Shown in pieces: positions 28,679 to 38,638 of a DNA stretch of 64,000 nt; the stretch's first letter is position 1; each line of letters starts with the position of its first letter. The notes below the pieces were generated by a model. The model had not been told where the DNA came from. It worked only from the letters and a program-made list of their open reading frames with translations, and made no database searches. The stretch is from an uncultured Gemmatimonadales bacterium. Lineage in GTDB: Bacteria; Gemmatimonadota; Gemmatimonadetes; Gemmatimonadales; Gemmatimonadaceae. The stretch is taken from assembly GCA_963707505.1 (NCBI GenBank), contig CAVPQB010000004.1, positions 96,001 through 160,000 of the forward strand, given 5' to 3'. Position numbers and translations under genes: made by a program.

Positions 28679-29424
28679 CGGTGGCGATCGACGTCAGGCA
28701 ACTGACGCGTCGCTTCGGCAGCTTCACCGCTGTCGATTCGATCAGCTTCGACGTGCGCGAGGGTGAAGTGTTCGGCTTTCTGGGCGCCAACGGAGCGGGG
28801 AAGACGACGGCGATAAAAATGTTGATCGGTCTGCTCGCGCCCACGTCTGGCCAGGCGAGCGTGGCCGGATTCGACGTGTCCACCCATGCGGACGACGTGC
28901 GGCGACACATTGGGTACATGAGTCAGCGCTTCTCGTTGTACGAGGATCTCACAGTTAGGGAGAACATCACGCTGTACGGTGGAATCTACGGGCTGACCGA
29001 CTCGGAGATCCGCGACCGTGGCGAGGCACTGATCCGGACACTGAAGCTCGAGAGCACGAGTGATGATCGCGTGGAGTCGCTACCGCTGGGATGGAAGCAG
29101 AAGCTGGCGTTCTCGGTCGCAATGCTGCACGAACCCGCAGTAGTCTTTCTGGACGAGCCAACCGGCGGTGTCGATCCGATCACGCGCAGACAGTTCTGGG
29201 AGATGATTTATACTGTCGCCGAGCGTGGTACGACGGTGTTCGTCACGACTCACTATCTGGATGAGGCGGAATATTGCGACCGCATCTCCATCATGGTGGA
29301 CGGCCGCATCGCGGCGATGGGAACGCCGACCGAAGTGAAGCAGAAGTTCGGCGCGGCTACGCTGGACGAGGTCTTTCTGCGGTTGGTGCGTCCCACCGGC
29401 GTACAAACTCCACAGCGAGCCTGA
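28675..29424 (+). CDS. ABC exporter ATP-binding protein (second subunit, LPLGW signature)
   Basis: GANGAGKT, LPLGWKQKL, FLDEPT, TTH. Confidence 0.95.
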   Translation: MTVAIDVRQLTRRFGSFTAVDSISFDVREGEVFGFLGANGAGKTTAIKMLIGLLAPTSGQASVAGFDVSTHADDVRRHIGYMSQRFSLYEDLTVRENITLYGGIYGLTDSEIRDRGEALIRTLKLESTSDDRVESLPLGWKQKLAFSVAMLHEPAVVFLDEPTGGVDPITRRQFWEMIYTVAERGTTVFVTTHYLDEAEYCDRISIMVDGRIAAMGTPTEVKQKFGAATLDEVFLRLVRPTGVQTPQRA

Positions 29425-29431
29425 AGGCAGA

Positions 29432-30547
29432 ATGGCCGACCGCAGATCCGCGCTGCACGCATTCATCATCAAGGAGATGCGGCACATCCTTCGTGATCGG
29501 CAGACGTTGACGATTCTGTTGTTGCTCCCCCTGGCAATGGTGGTGTTGTTTGGTTACGCGTTGCGGGATGACATAAGTGACGTGCGGGTCGTCGTGGTCG
29601 ATCCGACGCCCGACTATGCGACTATCGCCTTGCGCAACCGGTTCGCGGGCAATCCGCGGTTTGAAATCGTGGCAACATCGCAGACACCGAATCTGCTGGA
29701 GCCGTTGTTTCGTCGCGGAGACGCCGACCTTGCGCTGGTATTTCCACCGCGGTTCGCAGAATCGCTATCCGAAGGAGTGCCAACTCGCCTGCTGTTGATC
29801 GGCGATGCGTCCGACCCGAATACCGGAAGCACCATGGCCGCGTACGCGAGCGCAGTGATTGCCGGCTACCAGTCCGAGATCGGTGCCACGGGGCAGACGG
29901 TCCGGATAGTTCCACAGCTTCGAATGCGATTCAACCCCACGCTGGAGAGCGTGAATCTGTTCGTACCCGGGCTCATCGCCCTGGTACTGACGCTCATCAC
30001 GGCGCTCATGACGGCCATATCCCTGTCGCGTGAGAAGGAGCGTGGCACGCTTGAAATATTGCTGGTATCACCGCTTCACCCATGGCAGATCATACTCGGC
30101 AAGGTAATGCCGTATCTGCTGCTGGCGCTTGGCAACGTCGCGACAGCGCTGCTCGCGGCGTGGGCGGTGTTCCATGTGCCGTTCCGGGGAAGTCTGACAC
30201 TGCTGTTGTTATCCAGCCTTCTCTATTCGATGGTGGGGCTCGCTCTTGGAGTACTGATCGCCGCGGTGACGTCGTCCCAGCGCGCGGCGATGCTTGGAGC
30301 GCTCGTTGGAACCATGCTGCCGAGCGCGTTGCTGTCGGGAATGATATTCCCGATAGCGAGTCTTCCGGTGTGGCTGCGCGTCGTGACGTATGTCGTTCCA
30401 GCGCGCTGGTTCATCGTGATCTCGCGTGGGATCATGCTCAAGGGTGTGGGCCTGACGTATCTGTGGAAAGAACTGGCGGTACTCGCCGTGATGCTCACGG
30501 TGCTGTTGATCGCTGCTGTGCGAAGTTTCAAGCCGAGGCTCGCGTGA
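29432..30547 (+). CDS. ABC-2 type permease (YbhS-like)
   Basis: KEMRHILRD, FVPGLIA, REKERGTLE, LLSGMIFPI. Confidence 0.92.
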   Translation: MADRRSALHAFIIKEMRHILRDRQTLTILLLLPLAMVVLFGYALRDDISDVRVVVVDPTPDYATIALRNRFAGNPRFEIVATSQTPNLLEPLFRRGDADLALVFPPRFAESLSEGVPTRLLLIGDASDPNTGSTMAAYASAVIAGYQSEIGATGQTVRIVPQLRMRFNPTLESVNLFVPGLIALVLTLITALMTAISLSREKERGTLEILLVSPLHPWQIILGKVMPYLLLALGNVATALLAAWAVFHVPFRGSLTLLLLSSLLYSMVGLALGVLIAAVTSSQRAAMLGALVGTMLPSALLSGMIFPIASLPVWLRVVTYVVPARWFIVISRGIMLKGVGLTYLWKELAVLAVMLTVLLIAAVRSFKPRLA

Positions 30548-31704
30548 AGCTGCGGGTATTGCGATTTCTGTTGCGCAAGGAATTCCTGCAGATCGTGCGC
30601 GATCGCACGTTGCTCGGCATGCTGTTCATCATGCCGGTGATCCAGCTGCTGGTGCTCGCGAATGCCGTGACGTTCGAGGTGAAGAGCGCGCGCATGTACG
30701 TCATCGACAAGGATCACAGCAACATGTCTCGCGGCGTTGCGACGCGGCTGGCTGCGTCCGGGCGATTTGTGCCGACGGAATCATCTCCGTCGATGATCGA
30801 GGGTGACGGAGCGATGCTGGACCGACGAGTCGACATGATCCTCGTGATTCCGGAGGGGTTCGAGCGCGGAATCGTGCGCGATCATCATGCGCCACTGCAG
30901 CTCGTGTTCAACGCTGAGGATGGTGCGGCGGCCGGTGTGATGCAGTCGTATGCCAATACGATTCTTACGAGCTATGCCGGAGAGCTCGGCGCAGAAGTGA
31001 GCCCGATGCTGACTACGAAAGTGAGCGTGGCTGATGGTGCCGCGCCGACGCGAGGTCATCCCGTGATCGAGCTGCGTCGGCGTGGATGGTACAACTCCGA
31101 GCTGGACTATCGTCAGTACATGGTTCCCGGAATCCTCGTCGTGCTGGTGACGATGATCGGTACGCTGTTGACGGCGATGAACATAGTCCGTGAGAAGGAA
31201 GCGGGGACGCTCGACCAGCTCAACGTGACCCCGATCAACCGGTCGACCTTCATCGCCGCCAAGCTGATACCGCTCTGGACCTTCGCGATGATCGACCTCG
31301 CGATAGGGCTCGTGGTCGCGCGGTTCGTGTTTCACGTACCGATGCTCGGCAGCCTCTTCCTGGTATTCTTCGCCGCGACGATCTATCTCGTTGGTGCGCT
31401 CGGCATCGGACTCTGGATCTCGACAGTTGCAGAGACACAGCAGCAGGCGATGTTCGTGACATTCTCGCTGTTGATGGTATACCTCCTTATGAGTGGGCTG
31501 TTCACACCCATCCGGGGTATGCCGGCATGGGCGCAGTGGACCACCGAGATCAACCCGATCGCGCACTTCGTGGCGCTGATGCGCGCCGTGCTGCTCAAGG
31601 GTGCCCGGATGCGCGACGTCGCATCGCATCTCGCTGCCCTCGCCGCGATCAGCTCGGTGGTGCTCAGCATCGCCATACGCCAGTATCACAAGCGCTCGGC
31701 GTGA
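30544..31704 (+). CDS. ABC-2 type permease (YbhR-like)
   Basis: GTG 30544 overlaps the upstream stop; KEFLQIVRD, MVPGIL, REKEAGTLDQL, LMSGLFTPI. Confidence 0.92.
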   Translation: MKLRVLRFLLRKEFLQIVRDRTLLGMLFIMPVIQLLVLANAVTFEVKSARMYVIDKDHSNMSRGVATRLAASGRFVPTESSPSMIEGDGAMLDRRVDMILVIPEGFERGIVRDHHAPLQLVFNAEDGAAAGVMQSYANTILTSYAGELGAEVSPMLTTKVSVADGAAPTRGHPVIELRRRGWYNSELDYRQYMVPGILVVLVTMIGTLLTAMNIVREKEAGTLDQLNVTPINRSTFIAAKLIPLWTFAMIDLAIGLVVARFVFHVPMLGSLFLVFFAATIYLVGALGIGLWISTVAETQQQAMFVTFSLLMVYLLMSGLFTPIRGMPAWAQWTTEINPIAHFVALMRAVLLKGARMRDVASHLAALAAISSVVLSIAIRQYHKRSA

Positions 31705-31788
31705 CTTCCAGCGGGCGCGCGTCTTGCTCCAATTCGAGCCGCCAGGCGGTATATTCCGCAGGTATTATCCGTGACCGAGGTCGTTCCA

Positions 31789-32073
31789 ATGGCTTCTCAG
31801 ACCTGCACCCATCTCGACCAGGTACGCGACGTCGAGCCGCGCACGCCGAACGGGTGCGAAGAATGTCTCAAGATGCACAGCGGGTGGGTGCACCTGCGTC
31901 TGTGTCTCGAGTGCGGGCACGTGGGCTGTTGCGATAGCTCGCCGAACAAGCACGCCACAAAGCACTTCCACGCGACCGGACATCCGATCGTACGCTCCTT
32001 CGAGCCGGATGAGGATTGGGGGTGGTGTTACGTCGACGATGTAACGTTCGAGCCTGCGCCACAAGCGCGGTGA
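31789..32073 (+). CDS. UBP-type zinc finger protein
   Basis: CTH...CEEC...WVHLRLCLECGHVGCCDSSPNKHATKHF...WCYVD. Confidence 0.92.
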   Translation: MASQTCTHLDQVRDVEPRTPNGCEECLKMHSGWVHLRLCLECGHVGCCDSSPNKHATKHFHATGHPIVRSFEPDEDWGWCYVDDVTFEPAPQAR

Positions 32074-32077
32074 ATTT

Positions 32078-33022
32078 GTGACCGCGCAGCAGGTAGCGGT
32101 GGCAGCAGAGGGGGACGCTGTCTGGCCCGAGCTGACGCTCGCATCGTGGCAGGATAGCTATGCGACGCTGCACATGCTTACACAGATCGTCGGCAAGACA
32201 CGACTCGCGCTGGCGCCAATGCAGAATCACTGGTGGCAGGTGACGCTTTACGTAACGGAGCGCGGACTCACGACCACCTCCATGCCGTACGGCAGGCATA
32301 CCGCTACGGTTGATTTTGATTTTATCTATCACAACGTCGCGATACGGACGAGCGCGGGCCAGACTCGCACGATTCCTCTAGTCCAGCGTCCCGTGCGGGA
32401 ATTCTACATCGAATATCTCGATGTTCTTGCTTCGCTCGGTATTGGTGCGAAGATCAGAGGCGTTCCAGTCGAGGTCGAAACCGCGATTCCATTCGCGGAA
32501 GATACGCAGCACGCGTCGTACGACGCGGAGTCCGTGAACCGATGGTGGCGTGTGATGGTTCAGGTGGACCGCGTGCTCAAGCAATTCCGTGGGCGTTTCG
32601 AGGGAAAGGCGAGCCCCGTACACTTCTTCTGGGGCAGCTTCGACATCGCCGCGACCCGGTTTTCGGGACGTGGAGCACCGCCGCATCCCGGCGGTGCTCC
32701 CAACTGTCCCGATTACGTCATGCAGGAGGCCTACTCGAGAGAGTGCAGCAGCGTCGGATTCTGGCCCGGCAGCGGTACCCAGGAAGCGGCGTTCTATTCG
32801 TACGCGTACCCTGAGCCGGACGGTTACAGGGAATATCCTCCAAGACCGGGGAGTGCGTACTATGATGCGAACATGCGAGAGTTCATCCTGCCTTACGAGG
32901 CGGTTCGCACTGCCCCATCCCCCGACGAAACGTTGCTCGAGTTTCTCGAGAGTACCTACGAAGCCGCAGCAAGTCGTGCGGCCTGGGATCGCGACTCACT
33001 GGAGCGGAAGGTCAGCCAATGA
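32078..33022 (+). CDS. DUF5996 family protein
   Basis: QIVGKTRLAL.P..NHWW, SPVHFFWGSFD.A.TRFSGR, GFWPG, AFYSYAYPEP, EFILPY. Confidence 0.8.
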   Translation: MTAQQVAVAAEGDAVWPELTLASWQDSYATLHMLTQIVGKTRLALAPMQNHWWQVTLYVTERGLTTTSMPYGRHTATVDFDFIYHNVAIRTSAGQTRTIPLVQRPVREFYIEYLDVLASLGIGAKIRGVPVEVETAIPFAEDTQHASYDAESVNRWWRVMVQVDRVLKQFRGRFEGKASPVHFFWGSFDIAATRFSGRGAPPHPGGAPNCPDYVMQEAYSRECSSVGFWPGSGTQEAAFYSYAYPEPDGYREYPPRPGSAYYDANMREFILPYEAVRTAPSPDETLLEFLESTYEAAASRAAWDRDSLERKVSQ

Positions 33023-33576
33023 AAGAAGCTATGCCTGGCTCGACGGGTAAGTCTCCGCAACCCGGTGCGAGTCACGACGGTGACGTCGCGCATGCGCAGG
33101 ACGCCGGGGACTTGAACGTCACCGTTCGCGAGCTGTCGCACGATGAGTCGATCGCGATACTCGCGAAGCACCATCTGGGCCGTGTGGGTATCACCTTTCA
33201 GGACCGGTTTCACCTCAAGATATGCAACTATCTGTATTCTGAAAACTGGATATACACGCGCGCGGAGCTTGGCAACGACCTGGTTATGGCGGAACATCAT
33301 CCGTGGGCGGCGTTTGAGGTGGACGAGGTCGAGGGCATCCTGGATTGGCGCTCCGTCGAGGTCTGGGGTGCGATCGAGTTTCTCTCGTCCGACATGCGGT
33401 CGCAGGACTGGTTCGAATTTGAGAATGCGGTTCGCCTCCTCAGGAACGCTGTTCCAGAGATACTCAGGGCGGACGATCCGACGCCGAAGCGCATTCATCT
33501 GGTCCGGATACACGTGGACAACGTCATGGGCCGCGAGTCGCGGGTCGGCAATCCAAGACCGCTACCCCAACCCTGA
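33019..33576 (+). CDS. Pyridoxamine 5'-phosphate oxidase-like (FMN-binding split barrel) protein
   Basis: RELSHDESIAILAKHHLGRVG...AFEVDEVEGILDWRSVEVWG...GRE. Confidence 0.8.
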   Translation: MKEAMPGSTGKSPQPGASHDGDVAHAQDAGDLNVTVRELSHDESIAILAKHHLGRVGITFQDRFHLKICNYLYSENWIYTRAELGNDLVMAEHHPWAAFEVDEVEGILDWRSVEVWGAIEFLSSDMRSQDWFEFENAVRLLRNAVPEILRADDPTPKRIHLVRIHVDNVMGRESRVGNPRPLPQP

Positions 33577-33624
33577 ATGTCATGAAGTGCATCGCCGTCG
33601 TTGCACGTTCGTGAGACGCTAGCC

Positions 33625-35190
33625 ATGCACACCGACCTCTCGCTCCAAAGCCAGGCGCGATCGCACGTCCGCCATGACGCAAACACTGGCCGGTCGATCA
33701 TGGACCAGGCGATCTCGCGCGCAGCGGGTGCGCGGCGAATCGATGGCAACAGCGTTCGGCTTCTGCGCGATGCCGCCGAGAATTATCCGGCGTGGCTCGA
33801 TGCGATAGCATCCGCCGAGCGGTATGTGTATTTCGAGGCGTACATCATGCGAGATGACGTCTCGGGCCGACGGTTCGCCGATGCGCTCATCGAAAAGGCG
33901 CGTGCTGGTGTAACTGTGCGACTGCTGTACGACTGGATGGGTGCGTTCGCCAAGACTCCGTCGCGCTTCTGGGAATCGCTGCGAGCGGCTGGTATCGAAG
34001 TTCGCTGCTTCAATCCGTTCACTCTTGCAAGTCCGCTCGGCTGGGTCCATCGCGACCACAGGAAGAGCGTCGTCGTCGACGGTCGCATCGGATTCATCAC
34101 TGGTCTATGCGTTGGCGATGCGTGGGTGGGCAATCCGGAGCGCGGCCTTGCGCCGTGGCGAGACACCGGCGTGGAAGTGCGCGGTCCGGCGGTCGCCGAA
34201 ATCGAGCGTGCGTTCAGCCGCGTGTGGGCGGTAGTTGGTGCGCCGATCCCCACTGATGAGCTCACCGCTCGCGAGAGTATTGCGGTTGCTGGCGATACAT
34301 CGGTGCGCGTCGTCGCGAGCGAGCCATGGCGAGCCCGATTGCTGCGTCTCGACGAGCTGGTCGCCGGAGCGGCGCGCGAGACACTCTGGCTGACCGATGC
34401 CTACTATGCCGGAATGCCGACGCACGTGCAGGCGCTTCGCGCGGCCGCGAAGGATGGAGTCGATGTGCGATTGCTCGTTCCTGGTGGTACCGACATTCCA
34501 CTCCTGCGCCCACTCTCGCAGGCCGGTTACAGGCCGTTGCTCGAGGCGGGAGTGCGCGTGTTCGAGTGGAATGGTCCAATGATGCATGCCAAGACGTCGG
34601 TCGCCGATGGTCGCCTCGCTCGCGTAGGCTCGAGCAACCTCAACATTGCGAGCTGGCTCGGCAATTATGAGCTCGACGCAGTGATTGAAGACGCCGCATT
34701 CGCCGAGTGCATGGTGGAGTCGTATCTGGACGATCTTGCGCATGCGACCGAAGTAGTGCTGCACGGACGGCGCCGCAGACAGCTTTCACACGATGCGTTG
34801 CCGGGGCTTCCGCCCAAGCGCCACCGGCGGGAAAGGAGGAGAGGTGCGGGCAGCGCGGGCCGCGGCGTCGCCGGCGCGATTCGACTCAGCAACACTGTCA
34901 CCGCAGCGGTAACAGACAGGCGCGTGCTCGCATCAGCCGACTCGCGCGCGATCGCGGTTGCAGGTGCGGTACTGGTCGCACTCGCAATCGTCGCCGTACT
35001 CTGGCCACGCGTGTTCGCAATCCCGATCGCGGTATTGAGCCTCTGGTTCGGCGGCGCGATGCTGCTGCAGAGCTATCGGCTTCGCACCCACGGGTCGATC
35101 AGAACGGCCGCTGTGCCGGATGTAAACGGCGAACCGGTCACAGCGGGTAGTCCGGCGTCGGACGCTTCTCCGGCCATTGTCACGCCATAG
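33625..35190 (+). CDS. cls: Cardiolipin synthase / phospholipase D family protein with C-terminal TM hairpin
   Basis: Two HKD motifs ([16 protein letters not shown]), WRDT, GSSNLN; start uncertain. Confidence 0.85.
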   Translation: MHTDLSLQSQARSHVRHDANTGRSIMDQAISRAAGARRIDGNSVRLLRDAAENYPAWLDAIASAERYVYFEAYIMRDDVSGRRFADALIEKARAGVTVRLLYDWMGAFAKTPSRFWESLRAAGIEVRCFNPFTLASPLGWVHRDHRKSVVVDGRIGFITGLCVGDAWVGNPERGLAPWRDTGVEVRGPAVAEIERAFSRVWAVVGAPIPTDELTARESIAVAGDTSVRVVASEPWRARLLRLDELVAGAARETLWLTDAYYAGMPTHVQALRAAAKDGVDVRLLVPGGTDIPLLRPLSQAGYRPLLEAGVRVFEWNGPMMHAKTSVADGRLARVGSSNLNIASWLGNYELDAVIEDAAFAECMVESYLDDLAHATEVVLHGRRRRQLSHDALPGLPPKRHRRERRRGAGSAGRGVAGAIRLSNTVTAAVTDRRVLASADSRAIAVAGAVLVALAIVAVLWPRVFAIPIAVLSLWFGGAMLLQSYRLRTHGSIRTAAVPDVNGEPVTAGSPASDASPAIVTP

Positions 35191-36864
35191 TCATCGCAGC
35201 CCGTATACCAATATTCGACTTTGTTTCGCCGCACCGGGCCACACGGACGATTTCATCCCCGATGCGACGCCGACGAGCTGGCGTCCACCCGCGGAGTAGC
35301 TGACGATGCCTCCGCCGGTCGACTGACCCGTGTTGGTTTTCCAGAGAACGTGCCCGCTGTCCGCGCCGAACGCGTACAGCTCGCCCGACATGTCCGCTGC
35401 AAAAACGATCCCCCCGGCTGTTGGCGTCACACCGGCGAGCATGGGATGCGGCGCGTGGAATTTCCACCGTACCGTGCCACTGTCCGCATCGAATGAAGTG
35501 AGCCAGCCGCTCGCTTCACTCGCCGGCCCGAATGGATTTGTGTTTTCATTGCCAAGCCAGGTCGTACCCGCGGGCGGAATGGTAGTGGTATCGCGCTTGA
35601 GCTGCACGCTCGCGCACCAATCCACCGCGCCCACGTACAGCGAATTTGTATTCGGGCTGTAAGCCGCGCCGTTCCACTCCGATCCACCGGTGATGCCCGG
35701 GCAAAAGCGCGTCGTGTGATCACGCGAGAGCGGTGTGTCGACATTTTCTCTGGTCGTGGTCGGCATGATGTACAGCATCGGTAGCGCGGTGCCGAGGTCG
35801 CCGGTCACCGTCTTGCCGCGCGCGATCTGTGACCGGTCCAGCACTGCCAGCTGACCATCCTTGTTTGCCGACGCAACAATCTGCGTCCCGGCATGCGTCG
35901 TGACGAGCGTTGGCGGACTGTCCACATCCCAGTCGTGCATGTCGCGCTTCACGAGATGGTTGTAGCCGAGCATCTTACCGGTGGTGCCGTCGATCGCGAT
36001 TACCGCGTTGGTATAGAGATTGTCACCAGTGCGGAGCTCGGTCTCGAAATCCGGCGCCGGATTGCCAGCGGGTACGTAGAGCACCTTGCTGGCGGTGTCG
36101 AATGTGAACGACGTCCAGAATCCACCGCCGGTGACTGGAATGCGCGTATTGGTCCACGTCGCCCGTGCCGGTCCGGAATCAGGCACGACATCGAATTGCC
36201 AGACGACGTGTCCGTCGCGCGCATCGAGGGCGTAGACGTGTCCCGTCACACCCACCTGATCGCCTCCGGCATTGCCGACGAAGACCTTGCCGTCCGCGGC
36301 GATAGGTGCCATCGGTATCGACATGCCTGGCGCGGCCTCGCTGACGACATGATCCCACAGCACCTTGCCGTCCGTGGTGTCCATGGCCAGTACGTGCGAA
36401 TCCGAAGTCCCACGGAAGAGACGGCCATCCATGTACGCGAAGCCGCGGTTCACCAGCAGCGCGCTCGGCCGGGCGCTATGACGCGCCTGTTTCCACCGCT
36501 CCGCGCACGTGCTCGCGTTGATGGCGTAGGAGATCGTGTCGCTGGTGAAGTACATCGTTCCCCGAACGACGATCGGTCCGGTCTGAAGTGAAGTGACTTC
36601 GGGGAGATTGTAGGTGCATACCGTCTTCATCTCCGTGACGTTCTTGCGCGTGATCTCGGATAGGGGAGAGAACCGATCTCCGGCGAGCGTGCGATTGTAG
36701 CTGGGCCAATCCTCGGGGTTGATCATTGGCGCGCTCGGCGCAGCCGCGATCGACGGCGCGTGAGTGGTGTCGGGAGCCTTTTCGGTTTTCGAGCCGGAAC
36801 ACGCGGACATGGCGACAAGCGCCGCGGCTATGGCCACTGCGAGTACGGGAGCGCGGGCGGGCAT
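35191..36864 (-). CDS. PQQ-dependent dehydrogenase family lipoprotein
   Basis: Lipobox MSAC; DWPSYNRTLAGDRFSPL, VNRG, GNPAPD, GDNLYTN, HDWD, CPGITGGSEWNG and W-ended propeller repeats. Confidence 0.88.
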   Translation of the reverse strand: MPARAPVLAVAIAAALVAMSACSGSKTEKAPDTTHAPSIAAAPSAPMINPEDWPSYNRTLAGDRFSPLSEITRKNVTEMKTVCTYNLPEVTSLQTGPIVVRGTMYFTSDTISYAINASTCAERWKQARHSARPSALLVNRGFAYMDGRLFRGTSDSHVLAMDTTDGKVLWDHVVSEAAPGMSIPMAPIAADGKVFVGNAGGDQVGVTGHVYALDARDGHVVWQFDVVPDSGPARATWTNTRIPVTGGGFWTSFTFDTASKVLYVPAGNPAPDFETELRTGDNLYTNAVIAIDGTTGKMLGYNHLVKRDMHDWDVDSPPTLVTTHAGTQIVASANKDGQLAVLDRSQIARGKTVTGDLGTALPMLYIMPTTTRENVDTPLSRDHTTRFCPGITGGSEWNGAAYSPNTNSLYVGAVDWCASVQLKRDTTTIPPAGTTWLGNENTNPFGPASEASGWLTSFDADSGTVRWKFHAPHPMLAGVTPTAGGIVFAADMSGELYAFGADSGHVLWKTNTGQSTGGGIVSYSAGGRQLVGVASGMKSSVWPGAAKQSRILVYGLR

Positions 36865-36932
36865 CGAACCTCCTCCGTTTGGGTGGTGCGTCGTGCATCC
36901 AACTGCATCTTGGATGCCGACCTGCGAGAGCC

Positions 36933-37982
36933 TCAGCCCGTCGTCCTCGCCTCCGCCGTACTGCGTTCACGCTCGAGGTCGGATTTCATGACCTTCTGGA
37001 GCTGGCTGCGGGCCCGTCCGCGAATGTTCAGGAAACCGCCAGGCAGAGCGTCGAACCGGTACCTGCGCACACTTACCAGATAGATGCCAGCTCCGCCATT
37101 CAACGCCGGTGCATCATAGATCGTCGAGAGCTCCAGCGCCGCTTCGAAGTAGTGATCCGCATAGATCTGTTTCCGCACGATCAACGGGTTGCCGGACGGC
37201 GGTGTGTAAACCAGCATCTGGTTGAGCGTGAAAGTCGCGCGGAGATGTGGAATCTTGTCGACTGACCAGTACATCACATCAAGGGCATTCTCCGGTCGAT
37301 CCGCGGGAAAGTTCACGAGATAGTTGCGAAGCGCCGGTTCGTATTGCTGGATGTAGGACGATTGCTCGAGCAGAGCGGCGAATGCGTCGCTTGCCTGAAC
37401 GCCATTGGTGTCGTCGTAACGCGGCATCGCCGCATTGCCACGAGCACGATATGCTGTGACAAGGTTCTCCACCTGAAGTCTCATCACAGAATCAGCCTGC
37501 TGTTCGGCGTTTGGTCCATCCCAGTTCACCGATTGCGCGAACTGCTTCATATCGGACTCCGACAGCTTGAAATCGCAGTCGCGCACGCGGCAACCCTTGA
37601 GATCCTTCCATTCCGACGGATCCAGCGCGACGTTCTGCAAGTCTGCCGGAGTGAGGGGATCGCTGATGATTCCGAATCGTTGTGACCGTGCTGCGATGAG
37701 CGACTGAACGTCACGCAGATGCGCGAGATACGCATCCCGGGTGGTGTGCAGTCCGATTATTCCGAACACCGTCACGTCGCGGCCGACGTCGGTGTGCAGC
37801 AGCTTCACCACCGCCGCGCCATTCTGCGCATCGGCGATCTGGCCTGCGTTGAGGCCAACGCTGGCTCGTAGATATTCACCCAAGGGTGGTGCCGCGCTCT
37901 GGGCGCGCGCCGTGCCGGCGATGCTTACGCACGCCAGCGTCGCGCAGGCCGCGATGATGTGTCTCTCCTTCAGGCTCTTCAT
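36933..37982 (-). CDS. Secreted hypothetical protein
   Basis: Signal peptide ending ARA-Q; long ORF co-oriented with neighbours; no family recognised. Confidence 0.7.
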   Translation of the reverse strand: MKSLKERHIIAACATLACVSIAGTARAQSAAPPLGEYLRASVGLNAGQIADAQNGAAVVKLLHTDVGRDVTVFGIIGLHTTRDAYLAHLRDVQSLIAARSQRFGIISDPLTPADLQNVALDPSEWKDLKGCRVRDCDFKLSESDMKQFAQSVNWDGPNAEQQADSVMRLQVENLVTAYRARGNAAMPRYDDTNGVQASDAFAALLEQSSYIQQYEPALRNYLVNFPADRPENALDVMYWSVDKIPHLRATFTLNQMLVYTPPSGNPLIVRKQIYADHYFEAALELSTIYDAPALNGGAGIYLVSVRRYRFDALPGGFLNIRGRARSQLQKVMKSDLERERSTAEARTTG

Positions 37983-38012
37983 CGCGGCCGTTGCGAGGTG
38001 CTCAGCGGTCGC

Positions 38013-38561
38013 TCAGTGGTTACTTGAATCCCCGCTTCGCGCGGACTCGAAGAGGAACCAGGTGCGACGCTCCGTCTCGTCGATCCATACTTCGATGAGA
38101 CTCGCACTCGCCACATCATGATGCTCATCGCACACGTTGTGAACCTGCCGGAGGCTCGCGGTAAGGGCCTCGTTATCGTCGCGTAATTCCGCCAGCATGT
38201 CGGACGGCTCGACGTAGCTGGCATCATTGTCGCGAATCCGCTGCGTGCGCGCGATCTGGCCGATCGATCTCACCGTAATCTCGCCCAGCTTTCTCACACG
38301 CTCGGCGATCGGATCCGTCATCGCGAATATCTGGTCCGCCTGCTCGTCCAGCAGTAGATGATAATCGCGGAAGTGTGGGCCGCTCATGTGCCAGTGAAAA
38401 TTCTTTGTCTTGAGATACAGCGCGAAAACATCCGCAAGAACGCCGTTCAGCCCGGCGGCGATATCTCGCACCGCGGACGCACCGAGATCGGTGGGTGTGG
38501 CGAGCGGAGCCTGCCGCAAGCGCACGGTGTTGTTGGTTTTCTTTACGGTCGACGCTTTCAT
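38013..38561 (-). CDS. dps: DNA protection during starvation protein (Dps)
   Basis: LYLKTKNFHWHMSGPHFRDYHLLLDEQ...DPIAERVR...ERRTWFL. Confidence 0.95.
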   Translation of the reverse strand: MKASTVKKTNNTVRLRQAPLATPTDLGASAVRDIAAGLNGVLADVFALYLKTKNFHWHMSGPHFRDYHLLLDEQADQIFAMTDPIAERVRKLGEITVRSIGQIARTQRIRDNDASYVEPSDMLAELRDDNEALTASLRQVHNVCDEHHDVASASLIEVWIDETERRTWFLFESARSGDSSNH

Positions 38562-38638
38562 TGCCGCTCCAGGATGGATTCTACTGGAACTTATCACCCG
38601 TGCATGGCTCACGGGATACGCCGTCTGCCAACCGTCTG

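Noticed and set aside
30082..30543. N-terminal 154 aa of the 540-aa permease ORF
   Set aside because: Overlaps the upstream permease out of frame; real start is GTG 30544.
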